Source: an uncultured delta proteobacterium | GTDB taxonomy: Bacteria; Myxococcota_A; Polyangia; Polyangiales; Polyangiaceae | Assembly (NCBI GenBank): GCA_963782055.1 | Contig: CAWAIF010000003.1 | Location: 1,504,001-1,568,000 of the forward strand | Direction: 5' to 3' | DNA: 64,000 nt | In this document: piece by piece, positions 29,561 through 39,183 of the stretch | Position numbering within the stretch: position 1 is the stretch's first letter | How the letters are laid out: each line of letters begins with the position of its first letter | Translations under genes and position numbers: made by a program | The notes under the pieces: generated by a model | Told to the model about the DNA's origin: nothing | The model's database searches: none | The model's input: the letters and a program-made list of their open reading frames with translations, nothing else

Positions 29561-29724
29561 CGTCCGCTCCCTTCCACGCGACCGTACTCGCACGCGCCCC
29601 AGGGGCCCTGGAGTGCTCGTGCTCGAGGCGGGACGAGCATAACACCCCCTGCCTCCTCGTCGCGGCTGGCGCGGCCGCCGGTCCGATCCACACTGAAAGG
29701 ACAGGAGTATCGAGGTCGGCAGTC

Positions 29725-30627
29725 GTGACCTTCCCCAGCGCCCGTGGCGCGCAGCACGCAGCATCCGTCTCCCGCAGAGCTCGCCGCTCGCGGCGGGGCG
29801 CCGGCGCGCTCTTCTTCGGCCTGACCACCATCGTCGGAGCGTGCGCGGCGCGCGACGGGAGCGCTCCGGCGCGCGCCGGGCACACCCTCACCGTGGCCGC
29901 GGCCGTCGACAATCCGGCGGGTATCGCGCCGACGCTCCCCCCGCCGCGCGCTCCCTCGGCCCCGCCCGTCGCCGCAGCCCCCGCGGCGCCGTGTCCGGAG
30001 GGCATGGTGCTCGTGGAAGGGGCGTACTGCCCGGACGTGCGTCAGGTGTGCCTGAAGTGGATGGACCCGCCCGGCCCCTACGCCCACCTGCGCTGCGCAA
30101 GGTTTCGCTCCCCCGCGCGCTGCGCCGGGTCGAAGGAGCCCATGCGCTTCTGCGTCGACCAGGAGGAGCACGTCGACGAGGGGCAGGAGCTCCCGCGCGT
30201 CGGCGTGAGCTGGACGGACGCGGTCTCCCTCTGCGAGGCAGCCGGCAAGCACCTGTGCACCGAGCGCGAGTGGGAGCTGGCGTGCGAGGGCCCCGCCATG
30301 CTGCCGTACCCGTACGGCTTCTCTCGCGACTCGAGCGCCTGCAACATCGACCGCACGGATCTGGGCCGCCCCAACGGGGGCCTCATCGATCACCGCGCGC
30401 CGCCGGGCTCCTTCCCGCGCTGCGAGAGCCCGTACGGCGTGCTGGACATGACCGGCAACGTCGACGAGTGGACGGTGCGTGAGGACGCGAAGGCCCCGCA
30501 CCGCTCCGCCCTGCACGGCGGCTGGTGGCTCCCCGGCCGCAACAACTGCCGCGCCGCGACCCTCGGTCACTTCGAGTCGTACGCGGGCAAGCAGGTGGGC
30601 TTTCGCTGCTGCGCGGACCCGTCCTGA
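29725..30627 (+). CDS. FGE-sulfatase/SUMF1-fold lipoprotein
   Basis: CPEGMV.V.G, LCTEREWE.AC, SPYGV.DMTGNVDEW, GFRCC. Confidence 0.88.
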   Translation: MTFPSARGAQHAASVSRRARRSRRGAGALFFGLTTIVGACAARDGSAPARAGHTLTVAAAVDNPAGIAPTLPPPRAPSAPPVAAAPAAPCPEGMVLVEGAYCPDVRQVCLKWMDPPGPYAHLRCARFRSPARCAGSKEPMRFCVDQEEHVDEGQELPRVGVSWTDAVSLCEAAGKHLCTEREWELACEGPAMLPYPYGFSRDSSACNIDRTDLGRPNGGLIDHRAPPGSFPRCESPYGVLDMTGNVDEWTVREDAKAPHRSALHGGWWLPGRNNCRAATLGHFESYAGKQVGFRCCADPS

Positions 30628-30714
30628 CCCCTCCCGAGACCCATCGGGGACACGCGCCCGGGCGGCCGGACAGCCCGTCCGTGGTAGCTTCTGAGACGAA
30701 ACGTAGGAGGTAGC

Positions 30715-32529
30715 ATGGGGCTCAGCGTATCCAGGTGGCTCATCGGTTCGATCGCGGCAGGCGCCCTCCTGGCCGTCGCGTGCGGCAGCCACGGTGACTT
30801 CGGCGGCGGACCGGACGGCTCCGCCGATGGCGGCGACCTGACCGACGCCCAGTTCAACACCGACGCCAGTGGGGGCGACGGGGGCGACGCCGGAACGAAC
30901 CCCAAAGGCTGCGACCAGTCGTGCGTCGCCGCCGGAGGCAAGTGCGTCAACGACACGTGCATCCTCGGCGACAACCCGGGCAAGGTGGACCAGGCCACAC
31001 AGACCAAGCTCAAGGCGGGCGGCTCCACCGACAGCAAGTTCAAGTTCCTCTACCCCTACAATCAGACCGTCTTCCCCCGCGGCCTGCAGGCGCCGACCCT
31101 CCAGTTCGACGGCACCTCCTGGGACGCCGCTTACGTCCACGTCACCTTCACCGGCTTCGACTACGAGGGCTTCTACGGCGCGGCCACGCCCGGGCGCCTC
31201 GCCTTCTCGGCGGCGGTGTGGAAGGCGCTGACCCTCGCGACGGTCGCCAAGTCGGACGTCAAGGTGGAGGTCAGCAAGATCCTGGGCGGCAACGTCACCG
31301 GCCCGGTCACCGAGCACTGGACGATCGCCCAGGGCAGCCTCCGCGGCACCATCTACTACGAGACCTACGACTCGCTGCTCGCCGGCGGCCTGGGGTCGGT
31401 CGGCATCATGAAGATCTCCCCGGGCGCCTCGCAGCCGGTGGTGATCAAGTCCGGCTGCGGCAACGTGTGCCACACTGCCAGCGCCGACGGCTCCACCCTC
31501 GTGGCGAACAGCGGCTTCTTCATCGGCAGCTCCACCTACGACCTGAAGAACAACGCCGCGACCATCTACGCCACCGGCGCGCAGAGCTTCACCTACGGCG
31601 GCGTCTACCCCGACGGCAGCTTCGTCGTGTCCGCCACCAACTACCGCACGTGGCTGAACGGGCCCTCGCGCCTGTACGACACCAAGACCGGCGCCAACAT
31701 CCCGGCCGCGAGCTGGGACAGCAAGATCACCAACAGCGGCACGCCGGCGTTCTCGCCGGACGGCAAGCACATCGCATTCAACCACGAGGACACCGGCGGC
31801 GGGCACACGCTCGCCGTGGCGGACTTCGACGTCAAGACGAAGACCTTCTCCAACTTCGTCGACATCGCGACCGACAACCAGAACACGCTCGCCTGGCCGG
31901 CCTTCACGCCGGACGGCAAGTGGGTCGTCTACCACGCCGGCTCCAACACCGCGTTCGAGACCGACAACAACGAGACGGGCGACGTGTTCATCGTCGACCT
32001 CGCCACCAAGACGGTGCACCGACTCGACGCGCTGGACGGCTACACCGGCAACCAGACCTACCTCCCGGCGAACGACCCGAAGCTGAGCTTCGCCCCGACG
32101 GTCCTTCCGGAGGCGGTGGGCGGGTACTTCTGGGCGGTCTTCACCAGCCACCGCTCCTATGGCAACACCCTGCCGTCGATGGACCACTCCGACGAGTACG
32201 GCAAGCTCTGGGTGTCGGCCATCGACCTCGACCCCAAGCCCGGAGCCGACCCGAGCCACCCCGCCTTCTTCCTGGACGGGCAGGAGCAGAGCGCCGACAA
32301 CCTGCGCGGTTTCTGGGTGCTCAATCCGTGCAAGGGCGACGGCAGCGACTGCAAGTCGGGCGACGAGTGCTGCGACGGCTACTGCCGCCCGGCCGACGGC
32401 GGGCTGCAGTGCGTGCCGCCCCCCGGCGGCTGCTCGCACGAGTACGAGAAGTGCACCACCGCTTCCGACTGCTGCGACAGCAGCGCCCAGTGCATCAACG
32501 GCCGCTGCGCCTCCCCGCCCCCGAACTGA
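30715..32529 (+). CDS. TolB/PD40-like beta-propeller lipoprotein with Cys-rich C-terminus
   Basis: AGGAGG RBS; lipobox AVAC; PAFSPDGK, PAFTPDGKW; C-terminal CC repeats. Confidence 0.85.
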   Translation: MGLSVSRWLIGSIAAGALLAVACGSHGDFGGGPDGSADGGDLTDAQFNTDASGGDGGDAGTNPKGCDQSCVAAGGKCVNDTCILGDNPGKVDQATQTKLKAGGSTDSKFKFLYPYNQTVFPRGLQAPTLQFDGTSWDAAYVHVTFTGFDYEGFYGAATPGRLAFSAAVWKALTLATVAKSDVKVEVSKILGGNVTGPVTEHWTIAQGSLRGTIYYETYDSLLAGGLGSVGIMKISPGASQPVVIKSGCGNVCHTASADGSTLVANSGFFIGSSTYDLKNNAATIYATGAQSFTYGGVYPDGSFVVSATNYRTWLNGPSRLYDTKTGANIPAASWDSKITNSGTPAFSPDGKHIAFNHEDTGGGHTLAVADFDVKTKTFSNFVDIATDNQNTLAWPAFTPDGKWVVYHAGSNTAFETDNNETGDVFIVDLATKTVHRLDALDGYTGNQTYLPANDPKLSFAPTVLPEAVGGYFWAVFTSHRSYGNTLPSMDHSDEYGKLWVSAIDLDPKPGADPSHPAFFLDGQEQSADNLRGFWVLNPCKGDGSDCKSGDECCDGYCRPADGGLQCVPPPGGCSHEYEKCTTASDCCDSSAQCINGRCASPPPN

Positions 32530-32600
32530 GCTAACACCCGGGTCGGATGGCGCGTCGCGCCGGGCCCTGGCCCCTCTCCGGCCGGTGGTATGGTGAGCCA

Positions 32601-33512
32601 ATGCGACGCCTTGCGGTCCTTCTCGCGCTCTTGGTCGGGTCCATCGGGGCCATCGGGTGCAACGGCAGCTCGTCGGCCCCGGCGGACGCCGGCGTGGAGG
32701 CGGACGTGCCGCCGCCGGGCGGGGATCGCCCGGTGCCGCTCTTCATGACCCCCGACGACTGGGACGGCAAGACACCCTTGCCCCTCATCATGGTGCTCCA
32801 CGGCTACGGCGTCGGCGGCATCGCGCAGGCGATCTACTTCGGCCTGGAGCCGCTGGTGAACGAGAAGCAGGTGATGCTCGTCGCGCCCGACGGCACGATC
32901 GACAGCGCCGGCTCCCGCTTCTGGAACGCCGTCGACACGTGCTGCGACTTCGACCACACCGGCGTCGACGACGTGAAGTACCTCACCGGGCTCGTCGCCG
33001 AGATCGAGGCGCGCTACCCGGTCGACACCAAGCGCATCTACCTCATCGGTCACTCCAACGGCGGGGCCATGTCCCTTCGCCTCGCGTGCGACGCCACGCC
33101 GACGTTCGCCGCGGTGCTGGAGCTCGCCGGGCCCTTCTGGTCCGACCCCACGGCGAGCTGCTCGCCCTCGGCGCCCATCGCCCTGCGCGTGCTGCACGGC
33201 ACCGCCGACGAGGCCGTCCCGTACGACGGCGGGATGGCCGACGGTGACGTCCTCAACACGCCCTCCGCGCACGCGGTGGCCGCCTTCTTCGCGGCGAAGA
33301 ACGGGTGCTCGCCCACGCCGGACGAGAGCGCGCCGCCGGTGGACCTGGACACGGGCATCCCTGGAGCGGAGACGAAGATCACCCGCTACACCGGCTGCCC
33401 GGCGGACGGGGACGTGGAGCTCTGGTCCATCCAGGGCGGGACGCACATCCCCTCGCTGCCGCTGAACTTCGCCGACCAGGTCTGGACGTACTTCTCGGCG
33501 CACTCGCGCTGA
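32601..33512 (+). CDS. LpqC/PHB-depolymerase-type esterase lipoprotein
   Basis: Lipobox AIGC; LHGYG, WNA..CC, GHSNGG, HGTAD..VPY. Confidence 0.88.
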   Translation: MRRLAVLLALLVGSIGAIGCNGSSSAPADAGVEADVPPPGGDRPVPLFMTPDDWDGKTPLPLIMVLHGYGVGGIAQAIYFGLEPLVNEKQVMLVAPDGTIDSAGSRFWNAVDTCCDFDHTGVDDVKYLTGLVAEIEARYPVDTKRIYLIGHSNGGAMSLRLACDATPTFAAVLELAGPFWSDPTASCSPSAPIALRVLHGTADEAVPYDGGMADGDVLNTPSAHAVAAFFAAKNGCSPTPDESAPPVDLDTGIPGAETKITRYTGCPADGDVELWSIQGGTHIPSLPLNFADQVWTYFSAHSR

Positions 33513-33596
33513 GCTCGGGCGTGCAATCGCTGCCACGGCCCGCAGGTGCTGCGCCTGGCGGCCTGCGAACGGGCGCGGGGCCGCGCACATCTCGCA

Positions 33597-33612
33597 TGGC
33601 GCGCACCTTGCT
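33597..33612 (+). promoter_or_regulatory. Sigma54 -24/-12 promoter
   Basis: TGGCGCG-CACC-TTGCT, near consensus, upstream of the AAGGAG RBS. Confidence 0.65.
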
Positions 33613-33643
33613 CCATGCCGGTGCATCGAAAGGAGTCATCCAC

Positions 33644-34120
33644 ATGCGAGCACCTGCCACGCAGCGAACCACGTCCAGGTCCACCACGAGGGCCGCCCTC
33701 TCCGGTCCGCTGGCCCGGCCGGCAAAGCGGCGCGCTGGTCGCGCCGACGCCGCGAACACTCCGGCCAGCTTCCGCGTGCACGGCCTCGACCGCAGCCCCA
33801 CGCTGCGCGACCACGTGCGTGAGCGCCTCGGCCTCAAGGTGGGCAAGTTCGCGACGAACATCTCGCGCGTGAGCGTGCGCCTGGACGACCTGAGCGGTCC
33901 GGTGGGCAAGCCCACCATCTCGTGCACGATCAAGGTGATGCTCAACGGCCTGGAGCCGGTGGTGGTCGAGGCGCGCGAGCCGGACCCCTGGGCCGCCGTC
34001 GACGTGGCAATCGAGCAGGTGCAGCGCGCCGTGTCGCGCGCGCTGAGCCGCCGCCGGACCCAGGAGCGCAAGGCGCAGCGCGGCGCGAGCAAGCCTGTCT
34101 CCAGGCAGCGGCGCGCGTAG
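33644..34120 (+). CDS. HPF/RaiA-family ribosome-associated protein
   Basis: LRDHVRERL...V.VRL.D..GP.G....C.I.V.L......VE....D...AVD.A. Confidence 0.8.
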   Translation: MRAPATQRTTSRSTTRAALSGPLARPAKRRAGRADAANTPASFRVHGLDRSPTLRDHVRERLGLKVGKFATNISRVSVRLDDLSGPVGKPTISCTIKVMLNGLEPVVVEAREPDPWAAVDVAIEQVQRAVSRALSRRRTQERKAQRGASKPVSRQRRA

Positions 34121-34142
34121 CCCGCCAGGTGGCGGGCGGGCC

Positions 34143-35090
34143 TCACGGCTTCTTCTTCTCTCCCGCTCCCCCGCGGGGAGAGGGGGCCGGGGGGTGAGGT
34201 GCCGCGGGGTGAGGTGGTCGCCCGAACTCGAACCACTGCGTCGGGTGGTCGCGCAAGAAGCTCCCCATCGCGTCGGCGATGGTCTGCGCGGCGCGCCGCA
34301 CCTCCGCCGCCGTGGCGCGCCGCGGCAGCATGATCGGCGCGTGTGCGCGCAGGTGGTACTCGTGAAAGCCGCGTCGCGCGGCGAAGACGGGCAGCATCGG
34401 CGCGCCGCTGAGCTGCGCGATGCGGAGCGGCCCCTCCGGGATGGCGTAGGGCTTGCCCATCAGCTCGACCTCCACGACGCGTCCGTTCGGCGGCGCGCGA
34501 TCGATCTGCAGCGCCACCACCCCCTTCTTCTGCAGGTGATGCAGGATCGGCAGCGCGGAGAGGGGGTCCTCGCCGACGTGCAGGAACCTGGCCCCCGAGG
34601 AGGCGCGCGCGCCGTCCTGGATCGCCTGCGCGCCGGCGCTGCGCTCGGCCTCCATCACCACCATCACGTCCAGCTTCGTCTCGTGCGTGAAGAGGGGCGT
34701 CGCCAGCTCCCAGCCCGCGGTGTGCATCGTCAGCAGGAGGCCCCCGCGGCCGAGGGAGAGCGCCTCCGTCACGTGCTCCGCGCCGGCGTATGTCGCGTGC
34801 AGCCTCGCCCCGTTGCGCGAGCCCTGGGCCAGCGCCTCCGCCAGGCAGCTCGCGTAGGTCGCGAAGGTCCGCGCGGTATCCAGCGCGTCGCGCCACGCCG
34901 GCGCGGGGCCGCGGATGCGCTCCAGGTTGCACTGCACCGCCCGCCGCGCCTCCGGCAGGGCGACGGCGGCGGCGACGCCGAAGAAGGGCGGCGAGTAGCG
35001 CAGCCACCATCGCGGAAGGCGGCGCGCGCCCGTCGCCGCCACCTTCCGCCAGAAGGCGCCGTCGTAGGCGAACCGCGAGGGATGGGGCAT
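34143..35090 (-). CDS. Lysophospholipid / lipid A (HtrB/PatA-like) acyltransferase
   Basis: H-x4-E (HTAGWE), LQIDR, P.GP..IA, P.QWF. Confidence 0.85.
   Translation of the reverse strand: MPHPSRFAYDGAFWRKVAATGARRLPRWWLRYSPPFFGVAAAVALPEARRAVQCNLERIRGPAPAWRDALDTARTFATYASCLAEALAQGSRNGARLHATYAGAEHVTEALSLGRGGLLLTMHTAGWELATPLFTHETKLDVMVVMEAERSAGAQAIQDGARASSGARFLHVGEDPLSALPILHHLQKKGVVALQIDRAPPNGRVVEVELMGKPYAIPEGPLRIAQLSGAPMLPVFAARRGFHEYHLRAHAPIMLPRRATAAEVRRAAQTIADAMGSFLRDHPTQWFEFGRPPHPAAPHPPAPSPRGGAGEKKKP
34158..34199. repeat. REP-like palindromic element at the 3' end of the acyltransferase gene
   Basis: ctctcccgc...gcggggagag-ggggccggggggtgagg. Confidence 0.6.
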
Positions 35091-35094
35091 GCGC

Positions 35095-36549
35095 TCACTT
35101 CCCCGTGACGCGCAGCGAGACCTTCGTCGCGCCGGCGTCCGCCTGGATGAGCAGCTCCCCCTGGTGCGACGTGTCCACGCAGGCGCCCTGGAGGTCCACG
35201 TCGAACCCGGCCGGGTACGCCCGCGCGGGGAGCGAGACCTCGGTGAGGCCGGCGTCGTCCACCGGCGCGTAGTCCAGCGAGAAGGTGCGCGTCTGGGTGT
35301 CGAAGCGTGTGGTGACCGAGTCGCCCGCGACGGCGCGCGGGAAGGGACGCACCACCGCCGACGCCACCGGGTACTCCGTCCCGTCGGCGGCCACGATGCC
35401 GTCCGTCTCGCCGTTCCACGCCTCGGCCGCGACGCTGTACTCCCACTCGGTGCCGCTCAGCGAGAGCGCGTCCAGCGCGTCGAAGTGCGCGCTCATGAAG
35501 GGCAGCGCGCGGTCGTCGTCGTGCGACACGCCGAACTCCCCCACGAACACCGGGACGTTCCAGGCCTTCTGCAGGTCGGACCAGGGCTGCATGTCACCGA
35601 GGACGACGTCGGGATCGTGGCTCACCGGGTAGAAGTGCGGCGCGAAGACGAGACCGTCCCCGGGCGGGAGGGTGAGCTTGGTCGTCAGGCTCACGCCGGC
35701 GAGCCCCGTCGGGTCGAGGAAGATCAGCGAGCTGGGCGCCCTGGCGCGGATGCGCGGGACCATCATCGCGTAGAAGTCGCTGAGCGAGCCGGCCTCGAAG
35801 GCGTCCGCCTGCTGCGAGCCCCAGCCCGGCTCGTTGATGATCTCGAAGCCGAGCACGCCGGGCTTGTCGGCGTAGCGCGCGGCCATCCGGTCCCACATGG
35901 CGGCGAGGCCGTCCTTGACCGGGGAGCCGTCCGCCCATAGCGCGTCGAAGGCCGCGATCACCCCCTTGTCGCCGAAGTACTCGAAGCTCCACTGCGGGCA
36001 GTCGTGGTGCGGCGCCGGCGCGGGCGCGGGGATCGTCCAGGCGGGGAAGCCGTCGCCGCAGAAGGCCTCGGCGTAGACGTCCTGGTGGAAATCGACGACG
36101 GTCCAGATTCCGCGCGCCCAGGCGGCGTCGAGCAGCGCGTCGTAGCGGGTGAGGAAGTCGGCGTCGTCCTGGCCCTGCACCGGCTCCACCGCGGCCCAGG
36201 TGAAGGGCACGCGCATCACGTCGATGCCCCAGGCCTTCGCGCGGTCCATGTAGGACGCGAGCGCCGCGTCGAAGCCGCCCGGCGCGTAATCGAAGGGCAC
36301 GTACGGCGCGAACTTGCTGCGCCCGCCCGCGTCCACGCCTCGAAGGAACACCGTGCGGCCGAGCCCGTCGACGAAGTGGGTGCCGATCGCCTTCAGTCGC
36401 CAGTCCGCCGGCGCCGGCTGGGCGAGCGAGCACGTGCGCGCGTACGGAGCCGGAGGCCCCGAGTCCCCGCACGCGAGCGCGGCCAGCACGAGTGTGGCGA
36501 GCCCGAGCGGCGCCCGCCGGATACGCCACCCATCGCCGCGTTCGCCCAT
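35095..36549 (-). CDS. GH5 endoglycoceramidase-like lipoprotein
   Basis: Lipobox ALAC; VDFHQD, GDGFP.W, INEP, PHFY, GEFG, RPFPRAVAG; start uncertain. Confidence 0.85.
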   Translation of the reverse strand: MGERGDGWRIRRAPLGLATLVLAALACGDSGPPAPYARTCSLAQPAPADWRLKAIGTHFVDGLGRTVFLRGVDAGGRSKFAPYVPFDYAPGGFDAALASYMDRAKAWGIDVMRVPFTWAAVEPVQGQDDADFLTRYDALLDAAWARGIWTVVDFHQDVYAEAFCGDGFPAWTIPAPAPAPHHDCPQWSFEYFGDKGVIAAFDALWADGSPVKDGLAAMWDRMAARYADKPGVLGFEIINEPGWGSQQADAFEAGSLSDFYAMMVPRIRARAPSSLIFLDPTGLAGVSLTTKLTLPPGDGLVFAPHFYPVSHDPDVVLGDMQPWSDLQKAWNVPVFVGEFGVSHDDDRALPFMSAHFDALDALSLSGTEWEYSVAAEAWNGETDGIVAADGTEYPVASAVVRPFPRAVAGDSVTTRFDTQTRTFSLDYAPVDDAGLTEVSLPARAYPAGFDVDLQGACVDTSHQGELLIQADAGATKVSLRVTGK

Positions 36550-36575
36550 GGCCGCCATGATACACATAGCCACGC

Positions 36576-37613
36576 ATGACGCTGGCCATCGAAGAACTCA
36601 ACGACACCAACTGCAAGACGTACCTCCTCTCCAGCGGCGTGGCCGCGGCGCTGGTCGACCCGGTGCGCGAGCGCGTCGAGACGTACCGCGCCGCGCTCGC
36701 CGCCCGCGGCCTGCACCTCTCGATGGTGCTGGAGACGCACACCCACGCCGACCACCTGATGCTCAGCCGCGCGCTGAAGGCGGCGCTCGGCGCGCCGGTG
36801 GTCATGCACCGCGCCAGCCCCAGCCCGCTGACCGACCGGCACGTGGAAGACGGCGACGTGATCGCCCTGGGCGACACGAAGATCGAGGTCCTGCACACCC
36901 CCGGTCACACCCCCGATTCGGTCTGCTACCGCGTCCCGGGCGCCGTGCTCACCGGCGATACGCTCCTCATCGGCGGCTCCGGCCGCACCGACTTCCCCGG
37001 CGGCGACGCGGGCGCGCAGTACGACGCCGTCACCGGCAAGCTCTTCACGCTGCCCGACGAGACCGTGGTGTGGCCCGCGCACGACTACAAGGGCAACAAG
37101 AGCTCCACCATCGGCGAGGAGCGCGCCCACAACGCGCGCTTCGCCGGCAGGTCACGGGCTCAGTACGTGGAGGTCATGGCGCACCTCGGGCTGCCCTTCC
37201 CCGAGAAGGTGCAGAAGGCGCTGCAGGTGAACCAGTCCGGCTTCGAGGAGGGCGAGGTGCTCTTCCCCACGGTGGCCGACGTCGCGAAGCTGGAGGAGAT
37301 CACCGCCGCGGACCTCGCGAGCCGTCTCGCCGGCCCCTCACGACCGCTGGTCCTGGACGTGCGCGAGCCGGAGGAGTTCACGGGGCCCACCGGCCACGTG
37401 GAGGGCGCGCTGCTCGTGCCGCTGGACGCGCTGGAGCACCGGCTGCCCAAGCTCGCCGGCTACGTCGACCGGGAGGTGGTGCTCGTCTGCCGCGCGGGGG
37501 CGCGCAGCGCGACGGCGGGGGCGATCCTGCAGCGCGCCGGGTTCTCGCGCGTGCGAAACCTGGCCGGCGGGATGCTCGCGTGGGGGAGCGCCGGGTTGGC
37601 CGTCCAGCGTTGA
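36576..37613 (+). CDS. Persulfide dioxygenase (ETHE1-like MBL fold)-rhodanese fusion
   Basis: ETHTHADH, TPGHT, TGDTLLIGG.GRTDF, P.HDY.G; DVRE..EF, CRAGARS. Confidence 0.92.
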   Translation: MTLAIEELNDTNCKTYLLSSGVAAALVDPVRERVETYRAALAARGLHLSMVLETHTHADHLMLSRALKAALGAPVVMHRASPSPLTDRHVEDGDVIALGDTKIEVLHTPGHTPDSVCYRVPGAVLTGDTLLIGGSGRTDFPGGDAGAQYDAVTGKLFTLPDETVVWPAHDYKGNKSSTIGEERAHNARFAGRSRAQYVEVMAHLGLPFPEKVQKALQVNQSGFEEGEVLFPTVADVAKLEEITAADLASRLAGPSRPLVLDVREPEEFTGPTGHVEGALLVPLDALEHRLPKLAGYVDREVVLVCRAGARSATAGAILQRAGFSRVRNLAGGMLAWGSAGLAVQR

Positions 37614-37616
37614 GGT

Positions 37617-39131
37617 TCAGGTCACGCGCGCCAGCACCGCGGCGAGGGCGCGGTGGAGGTCCGCCGCCGAGAAGGGCTTGCTCACGATGGGGTTGGAGAC
37701 CGTCTCGAGGAATGCGCGCGTCCTCGGCGTGTACGCGCCGCCGGTGACGAAGGCGAATCGCTTCTCCAGCCCCGGGTGCTCGGCGGCGACGCGCTCGTAG
37801 AGCTCCATCCCGGTCATGCCGGGCATCATCAGATCGCAGAGGACGGCGTCGTACTGCGCGCCGGAGGAGAGGCGCTCGAGCGCGGCGGCGGCGCTGGTCA
37901 CGCCGTCCACGTCGTACTTCTTGGAGAGCACACGCGTCAGCCCGGTGACGATGAGCGGCTCGTCGTCGATGACCAGCAGCCGCCCACGCTCCGGCGTCGG
38001 CTGCGGTGTGGAGGCCAGTGGGGGAGGCGGAGCCTCGGCGAGTTCGCCGGCGCGCCGTAGCTCCAGGCGCATGGTGGTGCCGCGGCCGAGCTCGCTTCGC
38101 GCGACGATGGTGCCTCCCGCGCGGGTGACGATGTCGCGGCAGATGGCGAGCCCGAGGCCGGTGCCGCGGCCGGAGGACTTGGTCGTGAAGAAGGGCTCGA
38201 AGACGCGCTCGAGCAGATCCTGGGGGATGCCCGGCCCGTTGTCGGCCACCTCCACCACGACGTGGTCGTGCTCCTCGCGCACGCGCACCGTCACCTCGGG
38301 GTCGACCGCGTCCTCCTCGAAGGCCATCGTGGCGTTGAGGAACAGGTTGACGAACACCTGCTCCAGGCGTGTCGCGACGCCACGGACGGCGGGCGCCTCG
38401 GCGAGGTCCTTGCGCACCTTCACGCGCGGGCGCATCTCGTGGGCGACGAGCCGCTCGGCGGTCTCGATCGCCCCCGCGAGATCCACGGCGCCCTGGGCCA
38501 CGTCCTCGTAGCGGCCGTACACCCGCAGGTCGCGCACGATCCCGGCGATGCGATCCAGACCAATCCGCACCTCCCGGGCGAGGGGAAGCAGCTCCGCCTG
38601 CTCGGCGGAGTCGAGCTTGCGCTCGAGCATCTCGGCTGCCAGCCCCATGAAGGCGAGGGGGTTGTTGATCTCGTGCGCGACGCCCGCGGCCATCGCCCCG
38701 AGGGCGGCGAGGCGGTCGGCGTGCTCCAGCCGGGCGCGCAGGGCCACCCGCTCGGTGACGTCGCGGGCGAAGGCCAGGACGGCCGGACCGCCGTCGAAGT
38801 CGATGGGGATGGAGGCGATCTCGGCGGTGATGACGCTCCCGTCGCGGCGCGTGGCCGGGTACTCGTGCGGCACCAGCCGCTCGCCCGTCTCCACCATGTG
38901 CTGGATGCGCTGGCGCATCGTCGTGATGGCGCGCCCGTCGAGGAAGGTCATGGGGTGGCCCACCAGCTCGGAGGCTTCTTCGCAGCCGAGGATGCGGAGG
39001 GCCGCGGGGTTGGCGTAGAGCACCACCCCGTTGCGGGAGATGACGATGCCGTCGGGAGCGGCCTCCACCAGATCGCGGAAACGCTCCCGGGAAGCTGTCA
39101 GCTCGCGTTGATCGTCCGGCCCGCTCGTCAC
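37617..39131 (-). CDS. PAS-domain hybrid sensor histidine kinase / receiver
   Basis: HEINNPL, NLFLNA, DNGPG, FFTTK, GTGLGL, DDE...CDLMMP...KPF; GTG start after GGAGAG. Confidence 0.93.
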   Translation of the reverse strand: MTSGPDDQRELTASRERFRDLVEAAPDGIVISRNGVVLYANPAALRILGCEEASELVGHPMTFLDGRAITTMRQRIQHMVETGERLVPHEYPATRRDGSVITAEIASIPIDFDGGPAVLAFARDVTERVALRARLEHADRLAALGAMAAGVAHEINNPLAFMGLAAEMLERKLDSAEQAELLPLAREVRIGLDRIAGIVRDLRVYGRYEDVAQGAVDLAGAIETAERLVAHEMRPRVKVRKDLAEAPAVRGVATRLEQVFVNLFLNATMAFEEDAVDPEVTVRVREEHDHVVVEVADNGPGIPQDLLERVFEPFFTTKSSGRGTGLGLAICRDIVTRAGGTIVARSELGRGTTMRLELRRAGELAEAPPPPLASTPQPTPERGRLLVIDDEPLIVTGLTRVLSKKYDVDGVTSAAAALERLSSGAQYDAVLCDLMMPGMTGMELYERVAAEHPGLEKRFAFVTGGAYTPRTRAFLETVSNPIVSKPFSAADLHRALAAVLARVT

Positions 39132-39183
39132 TCTCTCTCCAGGGCTGAGCGACCCAGTGTACAGGTGACGCGGCGGCGCGTCT

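Noticed and set aside
29725..30627. FGE/SUMF1 protein as the missing EgtB or as a DGR target
   Set aside because: It lacks the DinB-like HxxxH domain, has a lipoprotein signal, lies about 29 kb from the EgtD-like gene, and no RT or template repeat is visible.
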